Shown piece after piece: positions 37,351-51,324 of a DNA stretch of 64,000 nt. The position numbers and the translations under genes were made by a program. Under the pieces are notes generated by a model. The model had not been told where the DNA came from. It made no database searches and saw only the letters and a program-made list of their open reading frames with translations. Position 1 is the stretch's first letter; the number at the start of each line of letters is the position of its first letter. Origin of the DNA: Paraspadella gotoi (taxonomy: Eukaryota > Animalia > Chaetognatha); assembly GCA_051294375.1 (NCBI GenBank), contig CM119269.1, forward strand, positions 21,003,665 to 21,067,664. Direction: 5' to 3'.

Positions 37351-38561
37351 CTATTCTTTTCCCTTTCTTTCTACTTCTCGTCTCGTTCCCTCGAAAGTTC
37401 CTGCCCAGCTCACCTCAGCCCAGCTCACCTCAGCCCAGCTCACCTCAGCCCAGCTCACCTCAGCCCAGCTCACCTCAGCCCAGCTCAGCCCCATTTTGTT
37501 GCCGCACTTTTTCCCCATCGATTTCCATTTAAATACTAGGAAAGCCAACCATCCCAACAAGCGATCACCGGATCTATTAACCTCAGTTGGAGTTGTTGTC
37601 TTTCTTTTCGTGTAACAGAATAATCAGAGACAAAGTGTTATTTGTTTTTGGTTTTTTTTTAAGTGAAATTGAATTTACTTATGTCCATATTGTTAAAAAA
37701 AAATACAAAGAGCATTCTTGGGCATTAGTTAGATACGACAGAATCTTTAGCTTAACAAACCAAGTTAATTTATTTTATTTTATAATCCTTGTAGTTGTTG
37801 TACCCATAGTTAATCCATATGTGATAAAAATATAATAAAATGATAAAAAAAGAATCTGTAAAAACGCGCCTTTTTTGAAGAACGAGAAAACGAGAAAGCG
37901 AGAAAAGTTTGCCTGTATAGAGAGCTTACAACAGAGAAAGGGAGAGAGAGAGAGAGAGAAAGAGAGAGAGCAAGAAACGCTAAAACGTTTAAAAAACAAA
38001 GTCTTTACTCATCCTCGCCATTTTTTTTTTCAGTGGAATTGGGTCTCATGCATTTTTTCATGAGGGCCAAACTCACCCATTGATCTTTGATCTTACTCTG
38101 CATAAATGAGGCGAATTTCCTCGCGTCTCAAAAGGAGAACTTTTACGTTTCCTTCCTTTTTCGCTCTTTATTTCTAAGGAGATTAGAAGGGACGAGAAAA
38201 AAAGGAAAGTAAGAAATGCATAAACAGAAGAAGTTAGAGGAAAAAAATAGCGAAGGCGGTTATATATATCATACATAATGTCATGATAATGTAACATTTC
38301 CTCTTTAATATTATCGAAATGTAAAAACTGCCTAACGTACTCAGTTGAGACAACTTACCACCAAGATTACTAAAGCTGCCTCCAAAGTCGTAGAAAAAAA
38401 TTACTTTAAATTTTAGTTTAAAAAAAATGTTTAATGGGAGAATTTAAATTTCGTTCTCGTCTAAAACTCAATCTCATATCTCTTCTGCTCCTCGCCCTTC
38501 ATTAAACCTTTTATGATAATCTTTAAAAATTTTCTCCTCCATTTTTCAGTCTCTGTCTCTG

Positions 38562-38634
<73 letters not shown>

Positions 38635-38942
38635 TCTCACTCTCTCTGTCCAGACGGCGCCGATGATAATATTGCGCTTGGAACCAAAATTCATTCTTGT
38701 CCCAGAAAAGATTCCCGTGATTCATGTTCTTCTCGTTGACTAAAAATTGAATAATTAAATTTTCACATAGATAATGATAATAATATATGGTTGTCCAGCA
38801 GAATTAATTAGGTGAGATCGATACTAAAAACCAAATTAACATTTTATCCACGAAAAGTTCGAACCATGATTTTCCCGACATCTGCCCACGACAAGCGGAA
38901 GGACCCAGCCACGCCCCGTCGCCCCTGCTCACCTACTGACAT
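37351..38942 (-). CDS. Tentative orphan gene, ~157 aa, exons 38942-38933, 38739-38641, 38403-38359, 38173-38077, 37573-37351
   Basis: Four consecutive consensus donors (gtgagc, gtgaga, gtaagt, gtgagt) with AG acceptors join in compatible phases into an open frame: MSVVNEKNMNHGNLFWDKNEFWFQAQYYHRRRLDRE..KGRKRKSS..LLGWLAFLVF..(SWAEV)n. No domain recognised; it could be non-coding. Confidence 0.35.
37403..37491. repeat. 15-bp minisatellite (GCCCAGCTCACCTCA) about x6; longer, degenerate mirror copy at ~52395-52572
   Basis: Tandem copies are visible in the sequence. Confidence 0.95.
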
Positions 38943-39760
38943 TTGTATCGAACGAATAAACTAACGATCGAAACAAAAGGAACGATTATCGACATTCGAC
39001 ATCCCGATCGACGTCAAAGAAAAAAAAAGAGTCAAATGTGAGGAAAAGTTTTTAAAAAAATAAAAATATTTTTTCGACTCATGTCCAAAAGTGCTCCTGT
39101 TACTAATCCCCGAACTTGATTAATTTTAACTCTAAAAATTAACCCTAAACTCTTTTAAAATGCTGAAACCAATGCCTAACCCTAATCCCTAATCCTGATC
39201 TAATCCTTAATTAATCCTTGTCCCATAATCTAATCTTTAGACCTAAAAAACAAATTTAATTCTTAATTAAGCTGAAAAAAGACGCGAGAAAGAAAAATAA
39301 AGTAAAATAAGACGATAAAAAAAATAATCATCTCATATCTAATATTACAAAAATAGTACATCAAACATAAAAATAATCCATTCATTCAAAAAATAACCTC
39401 CCTTGCCTGTGACTTTGGACAGGCTATCCCACTTACAAGCTTTCAATCATCACTCTTTCTTTTCGTCCTGACTATTCTTTTCCTGGCTCGTTGTACATGT
39501 GCGTTTTTTTTTTTAATCTTTTTTTAGCAAAACTTGTTTAACCTTCGACTTCTCTTATTTCTCTCTATCTCTATCTCTTTACCTTTCTGTTACCTTTTTC
39601 TTGCCCTTTAACAGCAACGAATGTTTTGGCTATTTTTTTTTGTCCTTTCTTCTTTTAGCGTTTTTTTCTCTTTCTTTTCATGAGGCGAAAAACCACATAG
39701 AATGGCTTTTTCTCTTTTTCATCATCGTCTTTATCTTCGTTCTTCTATGAGCCTATGTAT

Positions 39761-39887
39761 TAGACCTTGCCAGAAAATTTAAAGGTTTTGATCTAGCTTA
39801 GTAGTAGGGTAGAAAACGCTCCTCACCCATGACCATATTTTTTACTATAATCAAAATCAAAAACTTTAAATTTTTTGGCAAGGTCTA
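39761..39887. mobile_element. 127-bp hAT-type MITE (mirror copy at 50019-50141)
   Basis: 32-bp TIRs TAGACCTTGCCA(G/A)AAAATTTAAAG(G/T)TTTTGAT with 2 mismatches, flanked by the exact 8-bp direct repeat CTATGTAT (39753-39760, 39888-39895). An 8-bp TSD is characteristic of hAT elements. Confidence 0.85.
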
Positions 39888-39954
39888 CTATGTATCGTTA
39901 TCCCTATTCAATTCGTCGTCGTTGTCGTCGGTTTTTGTTGTTGTTGTTGTTATT

Positions 39955-40953
39955 CCGTCTTTTTTTAAGTAGTACTCTTCAATATGTCCGGGGACATTGG
40001 AATGATTTTCGCCAGTTTTTTTTTTGACCCTTGGTCGGTTTTAAAAAACCCATCAGACCCTTGACTTCCGAACAGACGCCCAAAAGGCCTGTATTTACAA
40101 AAAAGTAAGCCTTTTATTGTCAATATATATATTATATATATAATATTGAATCGCTTTTATCTTTTATCTATGACGCTCCAAAAGTAATCACCTTTGCTTT
40201 CGTCGAAATACTTGAATCCCGGGACGCACGCCGTAAGTGTCTCTGCCGATGAAAACCTTCTTGGCTCGGGTGTCGAGAAGGCAAAAACCGAAGACGCCGT
40301 CCAAATGCGACGCCATGAAGTCGATGCCTCCATGGTTGTAAAGGTGGATGAGCGCCTCACCATCGCAGGCTGGACCAAGATACAAGAGGTCTTATTTCAT
40401 CTTACTGCTCCCTATTTCATGGCATAACGTCACGGGCGACAGATTATCATTTTATAATTAATAGTTACAAGTTTCATAGACGAAGTTGAACTGATCTCGA
40501 ACCCTCTTATAGTTGTAAATTTCTCCGTTGTAAATCATCCATATATGCGGCAAACCTTAAAAACAATTTAATTACTAGAATTTGAAAATTCGCGTTTAGT
40601 GGCATAAGGAAAAGAGATACCGAGCAATCTCATTGGCTGCATCCCGTTAATATCGTCGACGATGGCCAATCGATGAAACCCGAAGCAGCAGTTTGGATAG
40701 TGATTAACGTTTTCGAACCTGACCCAACGTCGCTATGTCATAAATTAAAGAGAATAATGCTTACGATGATATTTCAAGTAACCTGAAACAATCCGGGCCT
40801 CGATGGGCGATTTTCTGCGCATACTTGAGAGTTTCCCCCATGCAATGGTCAGGGTCGTGGCTGACAAATGACGCGGTTAATGTACCAATGACTTCTTAAT
40901 ATTTTAACAAAATACGCATTAAACTACCCAAATACGCACCAAATCCCACACAT
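39955..40953 (-). CDS. ASNS: Asparagine synthetase (glutamine-hydrolysing), 5' part only; exons 40953-40928, 40860-40783, 40718-40621, 40555-40469, 40369-40192, 40088-39955 (truncated, with apparent frameshifts near 40220 and 39990-40025)
   Basis: Class II glutamine amidotransferase domain: [90 protein letters not shown]. The synthetase domain is absent because homology ends at the inverted-repeat junction. Confidence 0.9.
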
Positions 40954-43900
40954 CGTGATATAACTTTTTATTTACGTGGAAAGAAGTATTATCGCGAAAG
41001 TACGACTGTACGACTTATTTTTACTCTGATTAAGTCCAAAAACACTTTGTAAAGTTGTTTTTTTTTTTTCTAAAATAAAAACGAGAAACAACAATATTAA
41101 GCATTCGGTGAGTGGAAAGTTAAGCGATGTATGGTAATAAAGTAAAGTTTAATTTTTAAAAGTTTTGCGTCCTTTTTAAACTCGGCCGGCTTTTTACAAT
41201 TTGTTAAACCGGAGACTTGAGTTAATATTTCAGGTTCAAGCGACGTAACAATAGCTTAACACACCATAGTTACTTATCCCTTCTTTTCGGAGATTTTTAG
41301 CATAAATCTCCTTTGCCGGTTTTGTGGCTCCTTCGACGCGCACTGCAGAGCTCGATTCTCACGCGGCGCCTGATGTCACTGCTGTCGCCCAGCCAGGAAA
41401 AGGTTCATAAGGATGTCTGATGTAATAATGCTGACGAAATAGAGAGATAGTGTGGGATCACTAATTCCTTTATTTTCTAATGTAAAGAAGTATGGTAAAG
41501 CCAAGTCAAGATACCCTCAGATGTTGAAATAGAAAACTGAAGACCCAACGATCCGGTTTCAACCCGGGTGAATGAGCCAAATCCGTGGATCCCACCTGGA
41601 TCCATTTTTTTTCGCACGTGGATAAGAGAAAGTTGAACGAAGATGAGGGAATAAATACGTAGTCTCAAAAAAATCATGAAGACCGAAACAAATATTTTGG
41701 TATTCCCAACAGAAAAATGTAATTAATCTGAAATTTTTTAACTTTAACAGTTAACTTAATTGTGTGGTCTTAAAACATACCTCTTGAGACTTGAGGAAAG
41801 TCAAATAAATCTTGTCTATACTCGCCAAAAAAGGTTTCTCTCGAGGCAATGGCATAATAAAAAAATTGTCGCCTATGGTTTCAGCTGCGTTTCTTAAAAA
41901 CCAAATCAATCTACATTTTTTTTCCCCAATTAGTTCTGATTGGATTGGATGGTTTTTGTTTTTTTTAATACATTTCCCGCTTGGTTCTTTTTCATTTTTC
42001 AAACAAAAGCGACAGAGTTGGAATATCAATAAACTGATGTCTCAGTATTTTTTTCAAAAGTTTATATTGAGGCGATTTAACTCTGGCCTTCCTCTTTTAT
42101 CTCTTGCTAGTCGGACACCACCGTCAGTCGTTAACTTTGCCCTAGCTTGCCAATGACCTAAGACCTTAGACAGGACACTTCAATACCTCCTAGGCTAAAT
42201 TTTACTTTCGCCGACCGCGTTATGGCGGCTTTTGAAAAAAATATTTAAAAAAACTTATTTTTTAAAATAAGTTTAAAAAAAAAATATTAATTAGCCTAAC
42301 CTTAAACCCTCCTAACCCTAACCACCCCTAACCCTGATACCTTTAAAACACCCTTAACCTTAACTCCGGTCGACAAAATCAAATTAACCCCTATCTTTTT
42401 TTCTTTTTATCAAAAATGAAGACTGAGTAAATAAAAATAAATTAAAAGATATAAAAAAAAAATAAAGCGAAAAAAATATTTGAGAGAAGAAAGTTAAGAG
42501 GTACTGGCATAGAAAGAAATAAAAAGATCCAATAAAGATTAGGTTTTAAGATTGTTAGGTTAAGGTCAAAGATTAAACAAAGTGGAAAAGAAGGAAAAAA
42601 TAAGATAAAAAATGTGTATTTGTATAAGTAGAGATCAATATCGAAAAAAAATAAGGGAGAAAGGGAAAGAGTAAAAAAACCTTTCTTTTTTTCTAAGAGT
42701 GCTTCATTTTTTAAATTTAATTTTAATATATAGATATATATATATAGATATATAGATAAATTAAAAAAAAACAAAAAAATTTTAATATTTAATATAAATA
42801 GGTTTTTAAAACTTATTAACATATTTTAAACCAAATCCCTAACCAAGTAACTATAGTACTTAACCTTAATCTTTAATTTAATCTTAAACCCTAATTTTTG
42901 TCTTTATTTCTAATTGTAATCATTACCTCTACATGCTAGTCCCTAACTGAAATCCCTAACCTTAATCACAAACCAAGTCCTAACTTTAATCACTAACCGA
43001 ATCCCTAACTTAATCCCTAACCCTAACTTTTAACCTTTTCTTTAATTCAAAAAATTTACCTAAATCCAAATGTAAGATAAAATGGGGCTTTCTGGGAAAA
43101 TAGGCCAAAAAAGGAATAGGAAACATAGGAGGAAAGAACACTTAAGTGACTTATGTATGGAGCCTTTCTTTCGAAGTTGGAAACTCGACCATCTTTTTGA
43201 TCAGGCTCTTATACTCTCCCTTTTTCCTACTTAAACAAATTTCGTTATCATTGGCAGAGCGAGATATATCTTTTCCCATTTAATGAGCACAACTTCGTAA
43301 AGAAATAAAAAAAAAACCAAAAAACAAAGCTAAAAACACACAAACACATACACTCAATGGACTCACCCAAGTGACGCCCCGCTCCTTTTTAGAAGTCGCA
43401 CTCGTTTTCACTTTTTTCAATCTTCGCGGTTAAGCGGTGACGACGTCGACGACGTTGACGACGACGACGACGGTTGAACTGATTGCAATCTCCGCGACGA
43501 AGACAAAGGCGTCAATGAGGAGTCCCGGGGTAAGAAGAGGGAAGGTGTAGAGATGGTGAAACGTAGGAGAAGGGAAAATAGAATGAAAGAAAGGGAAAAA
43601 GAGAGGTAAAAGCAACATGCGAAGGGATGAAAGTAGTACCTGATGGGAAATAGAAAAAAGCTAGTATAATGGAGAAAGAGAAGAAACTAAGGGTAGGGGA
43701 TGAGGATGAAGATTGACGAGAGTTTCAAAGGTTCTTACAAGGAAACAAAGCAGAAACTAAAGGAAAAAAAATAGTTGTAGTAAGAATTAGGTCAAGCAAA
43801 TGAGAGAAAAGAAGTCCAAGGATAAGAGGAATAATTGAGAGAAAGAGCTGAAAAGAATTTTCACTAAACAGTATCAGCTTAATATCTTTAAACCTATAAC

Positions 43901-44408
43901 GTATAATAACTAAACAATATATGAAATTGGTACAACCAATATAAAAATTATCCATTTATTTAATAAGTAAGCTTTGGTGGTTTAAGGCCTCCATCACTCG
44001 TACAAGATAATGACATAGCAGCCCTTTCAATTGTATAAAATTATATATAATTATATTAGCCCTCAGTAAAATTTAAACGCACTTCAGTGTCGCATTCATC
44101 TTTAAAGTTTAGCGATTGTAGAGTAGGAGAGGAGGAAGAGGAGGAAGAGGAGGAAGGGTAGAGAGAAAGAGGTATAGTGAAGCGCCTTTTTCGACCACTT
44201 TTCGACTCGCAAACGGTCGAAAAGTCGCTGCGACTGATTTTACTGGTCGAAAAGTCGAATTCGACTGATAATCAGTCGAATTAATGGAGGAGCGTGAATT
44301 CATTGAAGACTCTCTGGTCGAATTCGACTCGGAATTGGTCAACGATATCAAATATGATTAGCTCTTTCTCTCTCGTTCTCTCTCTCTCTCTTTCACTCTC
44401 TCTCTTTC

Positions 44409-44439
<31 letters not shown>

Positions 44440-47415
44440 CTATTTCTGAAGCGCTTCTTAACGCGCGACCTAGATAATCCGAGATTATCGCAAGTAAAAC
44501 AAATCTAAGTTTCATCTCTATTCTTCTAGAGTGCCCTAATTTGTGCCCAAATTAATTATTGAATTCATATCCGTGTTCAACTGCTCTCAAATAAGTATCT
44601 TTGGAAACCAAACAGTTCTAACATGTAAAACACCTTAACTATAACCTTATATTCTTAGAACCATGTAATAAAGCAGAATTAGTAACCACATTTTGAGATA
44701 ATACAATTTCCAATCTCAGGTACAAATATTCATGGTAAGCAATGTAGAGGAAGAAGGGCAAGGTAGGCAAGAAGATGGCTAAAACTACAAAAAATATACA
44801 ATGCTAATTAGTGAGAGAAAGAAACGGATTTGCGGAGGAATGGAAAGTTATTGAAATAGAAGATAGAGGCAAAAGAGGAGTTATGATAAAATACACAGAA
44901 AAATACAACGGAAAGAAAGCAAGAAAGAAAACAAGAAGAAAGCAAGGAAGAAAGAAGAAAGAGAGCAGTAAGAAACAAAAACGAAAGTTCGATGTCATCG
45001 ATTAGCGTGGATCAAATTAAGAGGGACGAAAAAAAAAAAAAATTTGATTGCGTCGATTCACTTTCGGTCACATGAGCTGTAAATGAATCCGAGTTGACGG
45101 ATTTAGGAAGAATTTGAGACGTTGAGCACGGAACTCCAATGATGAAAGCGATGACAATAAAGATGAAGATAACGATGACGTTTTCAAATCTACACCGACA
45201 AAGTGAAAGGTCATAATAGATAGAATAACAATAATAATAATAACAATAATAATAATAATAATAAACACTAATACCAATAATAAGATATACAATATATGTT
45301 ATAAGCAAGTAAATATAACATAGCAATCGTAATAATAACAAGAGATTAAACGGACATTGCGAAAATAAAAGTGATTTTGTTTGAGTGGGGTGATGGCTGA
45401 TGGGCGATTTGTTGAACGAGCTTGTAGACCGCCCTACACAAATCTACCGATGGCGATGATCTTGATATTCCTAATTTAAACTGAAATCATAAAAAGAACT
45501 TAATAAACTAAAGGTTAGTAAAAACAAAAAATGCACAATAAAATTACATAATTGAAAGACCTCGACTGTACAAACGTCACTACAATCAAGATTCAAAATA
45601 AATGAGTGCAACTCCATGAACAAAGAAATTAGTGAGGGCGTAGTCAGCTTCGCTTCGAAGAAGACGTTAAACTTTAGTCTCCTGACTTATATATTATCTC
45701 CATCTCCAGAAGCCACAAAATTTAAAAACAAATTTAAAGATGACAATATAACCGATGACGACGACGACGACGACGACAACTCATGAAACGATGTCGACAG
45801 ATTTTTAAAAGTCAACTTTTTTGATTCCACGAGATTTGAACTATTTTTTCCGAGGAGATTTCCTTCGATTCGATTCCTTGATTTGCGCAGTCGCCTTGAC
45901 GTAAGTCGATTTCCTAAAAACTCCATGACGCGCTAACTCTAAGCCGATCGATCGAGTCCGGGTCCTCGGGGCGTTCGGCCCAAGAAAAAAAATTAATTTA
46001 AAATTAAATCCCGTCCACAGTTCCGGTAGAGAAAAAACATTTTGGGCTTTTTTATAATGATCGATTGATAGATGATTGAAAATAAGAGACTATAACAGCT
46101 TTAAAATTTAACTTCCCACTTAAGTGTAATCACTTAAAAAGAGTTAAATGACTCAAAATTTAAAGCGGCCTTTAAATTTGTTCTCTCTTTGTTAAAGTAG
46201 CTGACACCGAAATAACCTCTAATCTAATCTAATCTAAGACTAAGCGACTGCTATCGATACCTTTTATTTTTAACAAGTTATAAAACTTATAAGGAATAAA
46301 AGATGGAGTTCTGATGCAGTGCATGTCGAACCATAGCCAAAGGACGTTTGTTACCTTTATATTTTATAGTAATGTAGCCACGGGATCTGCGGCCAAAGCC
46401 AAAGTTACTGTGGTACAATACATTGGAACTATGGTTCTTGTTTAAAAAAAAAAAATAAAACTTTCTCTGTTAATGCTGGTCGGCGCTTCACGGGTTTTCT
46501 AGAGCTTAATTTGAATCAGCAATATTTGTGGGATTTTAGTATGGCAACATGGGCAACTATGGGCAACATCGTTTTCTCGTTAGCTATTCTGTCTAGTCTC
46601 CACATTGTTTTAAGTTAAGCATCTTTAAAGCTTTTTGTAACTTTCTTCGTATGAGCAAACCATATCGGTGAAACAGCCTCTGTTTTCGATGGAAAAGGGA
46701 AGCGAGGAGTCTGAAGGCCATAAAACAAGTCTCAATTGTTAAAATCTTTTTTAATTAGAATTTTATTTATATTTATATACTATAAATTTTACCGCTCTCT
46801 GTTTTATTTATTGAGTTTGTCACAAGCCCTTTTAACCACCTTTGACCTCAGCGATTTTCATATTTATTTACGTTCAGTCGTCGATTTATTTTTACGCCAT
46901 TTTGATTCCCAATGGCATCCAAGGCTACATGGGTGACAATTTGAAACCGCCCGCTAAAAAATGCTGCCAATTGCCAACCTGTAAATATTTTTTAATGTTA
47001 AGTAAAAAAAAAAAAATTAAACCAGAGAGTTGGAAAATGAAACAACTTTTTTAAATCCCACTTTTTTCACTCATTATCAAGGCATATCTTATCTACTATA
47101 ACTGATAAATGATTTTATTATTTTTTACTAAACTTATTTTCAAAATTTATAAATAAGTATTGTTTTTTTTTACCGGGGGTTTAAAATTGTCACCCTGTAT
47201 CTCTGTCTCTGTTTTTGACGAGAGAAAAGTCGATGAAAAATCTAGGGACTAATTTTCTTTGAAAGAGCGAGAGAGAGAGAGAGAAAGAGAGAGAGAGAAA
47301 GGGAAGAGAGAGGTGAGAGAGAGGTAAGAGAGTGGTGAGAGAGGTGAAAGAGAGAGAGAGAGAAGGGAGAGAGAGAGGTAAGAGAGTGGTGAGAGAGGTG
47401 AAAGAGAGAGAGAGG

Positions 47416-47468
<53 letters not shown>

Positions 47469-48883
47469 AAACAGGAAAAAAAAGCGCGAAAGCAAGAAAG
47501 AAAAAAAAGAGAGAGAGAAGAGGAAAAATAGAGAGAGAGAGAGAGAGAGAGAGAGATAAAAGAAAGGAACATAAAATTAATGTTATAAAACTAATATACA
47601 GTCCTGTGCAAAAAAAAAAGAGGACACCCAAAAACATTATGAAAATAATCAAGTTAGATTCCTTTAAAATAATATTTATCAAAAAAGGAACTATTTGAGT
47701 AAATTTGGTTAATCCATGGCTATCCGTTACAAAGCAGTGATTTTTTAAAAGTAACAACTACTACTACAACTACTAAGTACTCAAACAAAATTTTTCAACC
47801 TCTGGTGTTTAAGGTTCTATAACTCTGACAAATAAGTTATACATATGATATCTTTTTTGAAAAGTCTTAATTTCCCATCCATAATTTAAAAAAAAAAACA
47901 TAAATACAATGCCCTTAAATTAAGGTTAAAAAGTATTTTTGGTTTTTGCAGATCTTTAAAAATAGTTTTTTTGAAGCAAAAAAAATGACAAATTTTATAT
48001 TTTGGGAGCTATAGCTCTTGAACGCTTAGACCGATTTTCTTTTAACTTACACCTATGGATTTCCCATTTCAAAATATATCACTTATCATTCATAAATATT
48101 TTTTTGTAAAATGAGCGCTACTTAATGTTTGAAGAGTGTCCTCTTTTTTTTTGCACAGAATGTATATATAGAAAGAAGAAAATAACAGAAATGAAATAAA
48201 GGCTGGGGTGTGGGTAAACAGGATTGAAGGAAAAAGGAGAGGAAGAGAGGAAAGAGGAAACGAAATAGGGAAGGAGAGTAAAACTTCAGATCTGCCTAAA
48301 AAAACCTTCTCTGTTTTTCCCCTAAATTTAGCGACGGATTTTCTGGCGACGAAAACAAAACAAAACTTTAAGTCAAAACCGACGCCTTGCAAAAAAAAAA
48401 AAAAAAAAAAAAGAGTCGAGCGAGCGCTCAGAGTTGCGGTTATCTTTTAAATTTGCATTTCATTATTAATTATTTGTTAAAAATAAGTCTTTTTCTTTTT
48501 TGTTGGTGATTGTATAATTATTAAATAATCATTTCTTTCACAATTTGCTTTAAATGATTTTAAAATCTATTTAATTATAAATTTAATAATAGCTAAAAGG
48601 TCGCTCTATACGACTATAAGTATAACAGGGATATCAAGATGAAAAAAAGACTGAAAATTTGGATGAAAATATAATATTTTCTTAGGAAGAAAAGCGCGGT
48701 TAAACTTTTTTATTTTTTAAATTTCATGTTTTTCTGTCAGTCCGTCTCTCTTTGTGACAGAAATAGTACGAAAGACTCTCTTTTTTTTTCCTCCCCTTAT
48801 TTTTACTTGTTTTTCCTATTTATTCTTTTCTTTATTCTTAGTTAAGAAACCAAAAAAAAGAGAAAGAGATTGAAAGAAGGAAA

Positions 48884-48946
<63 letters not shown>

Positions 48947-49597
48947 GAGAGAGAGAGAGAGAGAGAGGAGAGGGACTCAACCAAAAAAAATATCGGTCAT
49001 TGGGATTCATCGCAGATAAAATTTTGAAAAATGAACACTTCTAACTAAAAAAAAAAGAAAGACGTAGGATAGAATATTCACAAACTTTATTTAATGCGTC
49101 GAGGGTTCCTTGCACGCGGCATATCAAGTTTATATTATTAACAGACCGACGGACAAACGAAATTACGAAGTGATACGTTCGACATCGACATTGTGGGTGA
49201 CCTTAAAGAAAAAACTGGCATCGGAATGAATTTTTCCCCACATATTAAAATAATGAAAAGTGGGAAAGAACGGAAAGAGAACAAATGACCAAATAGAAGA
49301 AACTGGCAAAAGCGCAAAATGAAGGGTAAGTTGCACAATACACAAGCAAGGGAAAAAGCAAAATAAAAAAAAACGATGTAGTAGGCGTTACAAAATATCA
49401 GAAAATATTAAAAGTTATGACAAAAGAGAAAGGGAATACTCTCAATTTTATAAATGTGTTAAATAGTACTGGGCAAAACGAATGGAAAGTGGCAAAAACA
49501 GGAAAACCTAGAAAAAGGGAAAAAAGTTTGAAGATGAGGAAAAATAAATTTGAAAGTAAACGAGGCTGAAAATGGAGAAGAAGGAAAACTGAAGAGT

Positions 49598-49686
<89 letters not shown>

Positions 49687-49799
49687 AAGCGAGATGGAAT
49701 TCGGAACGGGAGAATCCAGGTTCAAACCTCGGCGGTTCCCTCAAAAATAAAAAAAAAATATAGTCNNNNNNNNNNNNNNNNNNNNNNNNNGTGAGTGAG

Positions 49800-49857
<58 letters not shown>

Positions 49858-51255
49858 AGAGAGAGAAGACACAAGCGAGATGGAATTCGGAACGGGAGAA
49901 TCCCAGGTTCAAACCTCGGCGGTTCCCTCAAAAATAAAAAAAAATATAGTCAATAACAACAACAACAACAAAAACCGACGACAACGACGACGAATTGAAT
50001 AGGGATAACGATACATAGTAGACCTTGCCAAAAAATTTAAGTTTTTGATTTTGATTATAGTAAAAATATGGTCATGGGTGAGGAGCTTTTCTACCCTACT
50101 ACTAAGCTAGATCAAAACCTTTAAATTTCTGGCAAGGTCTAATACATAGGCTCATAGAAGAACGAAGATAAAGACGATGATGAAAAAGAGAAAAAGCCAT
50201 TCTATGTGGTTTTTCGCCTCATGAAAAGAAAGAGAAAAAAACGCTAAAAGAAAGAAAGGACAAAAAAAATAGCCAAAACATTCGTTGCTGTTAAAGGGCA
50301 AGAAAAAGGTAACAGAAAGGTAAAGAGATAGAGATAGAGAGAAATAAGAGAAGTCGAAGGTTAAACAAGTTTGCTAAAAAAAGATTAAAAAAAAAAACGC
50401 ACATGTACAACGAGCCAGGAAGAATAGTCAGGACGAAAAGAAAGAGTGATGATTGAAAGCTTGTAAGTGGGATAGCCTGTCCAAAGTCTCGGCAAGAGAG
50501 GTTATTTTTTGAATGAATAGATTATTTTATGTTTGATGTCTACTTATTTTGTAATGTTAGATGATTATTTTTTTTATCGTCTTATTTTACCTTTTTTTTC
50601 TTGCTCGCGTCTTTTTTCAGCTTAATTAAGAATTAAATTTTTTTTTTAGGTCTAAAGATTAGATTATGGACAGGGATTAATTAAGGATTAGATCAGGATT
50701 AGGGATTAGGGTTAGGCATTGGTTTCAGCATTTTAAAAGAGTTTAGGGTTAATTTTTAGAGTTAAAATTAATCAAGTTCGGGGATTAGTAACAGGAGCAC
50801 TTTTGACATGAGTCGAAAAAATATTTTTATTTTTTAAAAACTTTTCCTCACATTTGACTCTTTTTTTTTTCTTTGACGTCGATCGGAGATGTCGAATGTC
50901 GATATCGTTCCTTTGTTTCATCGTTAGTTTATTCGTTCGATACAAATGTCAGTAGGTGAGCAGGGGCGACGGGGCGTGGCTGGGTCCTTCCGCTTGTCGT
51001 GGGCAGATGTCGGGAAAATTCATGGTTCGAAGTTTTCGTGGATAAAATGTTAATTTGGTTTTAGTATCTGATGACTTCACCTAATTAATTCTCTGGACAA
51101 CCATATATTATTATCATTATCTATGTGAAAATTATATTATTCAATTTTTAGTCAACGAGAAGAACATGAATCACGGGAATCTTTTCTGGACAAGAATGAA
51201 TTTTGGTTCCAAGCGCAATATTATCATCGGCGCCGTCTGGACAGAGAGAGTGAGA

Positions 51256-51324
<69 letters not shown>

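Noticed and set aside
37403-37491. Immunoglobulin switch-region-like GAGCT/GGGCT pentamers
   Set aside because: Only ~90 bp with no Ig locus context; the resemblance is probably coincidental.
33163-40953. Biosynthetic gene cluster of ATP-grasp ligase plus asparagine-synthetase-like enzyme
   Set aside because: The ASNS looks like the ordinary animal enzyme, and its closeness on this side depends on the suspect inversion junction.
41000-49600. Possible exons in the spacer (e.g. 43367-43530, 44109-44351, 45687-45926, 46300-46700)
   Set aside because: Some splice-like sites are present, but I could not build a consistent reading frame or recognise a domain.
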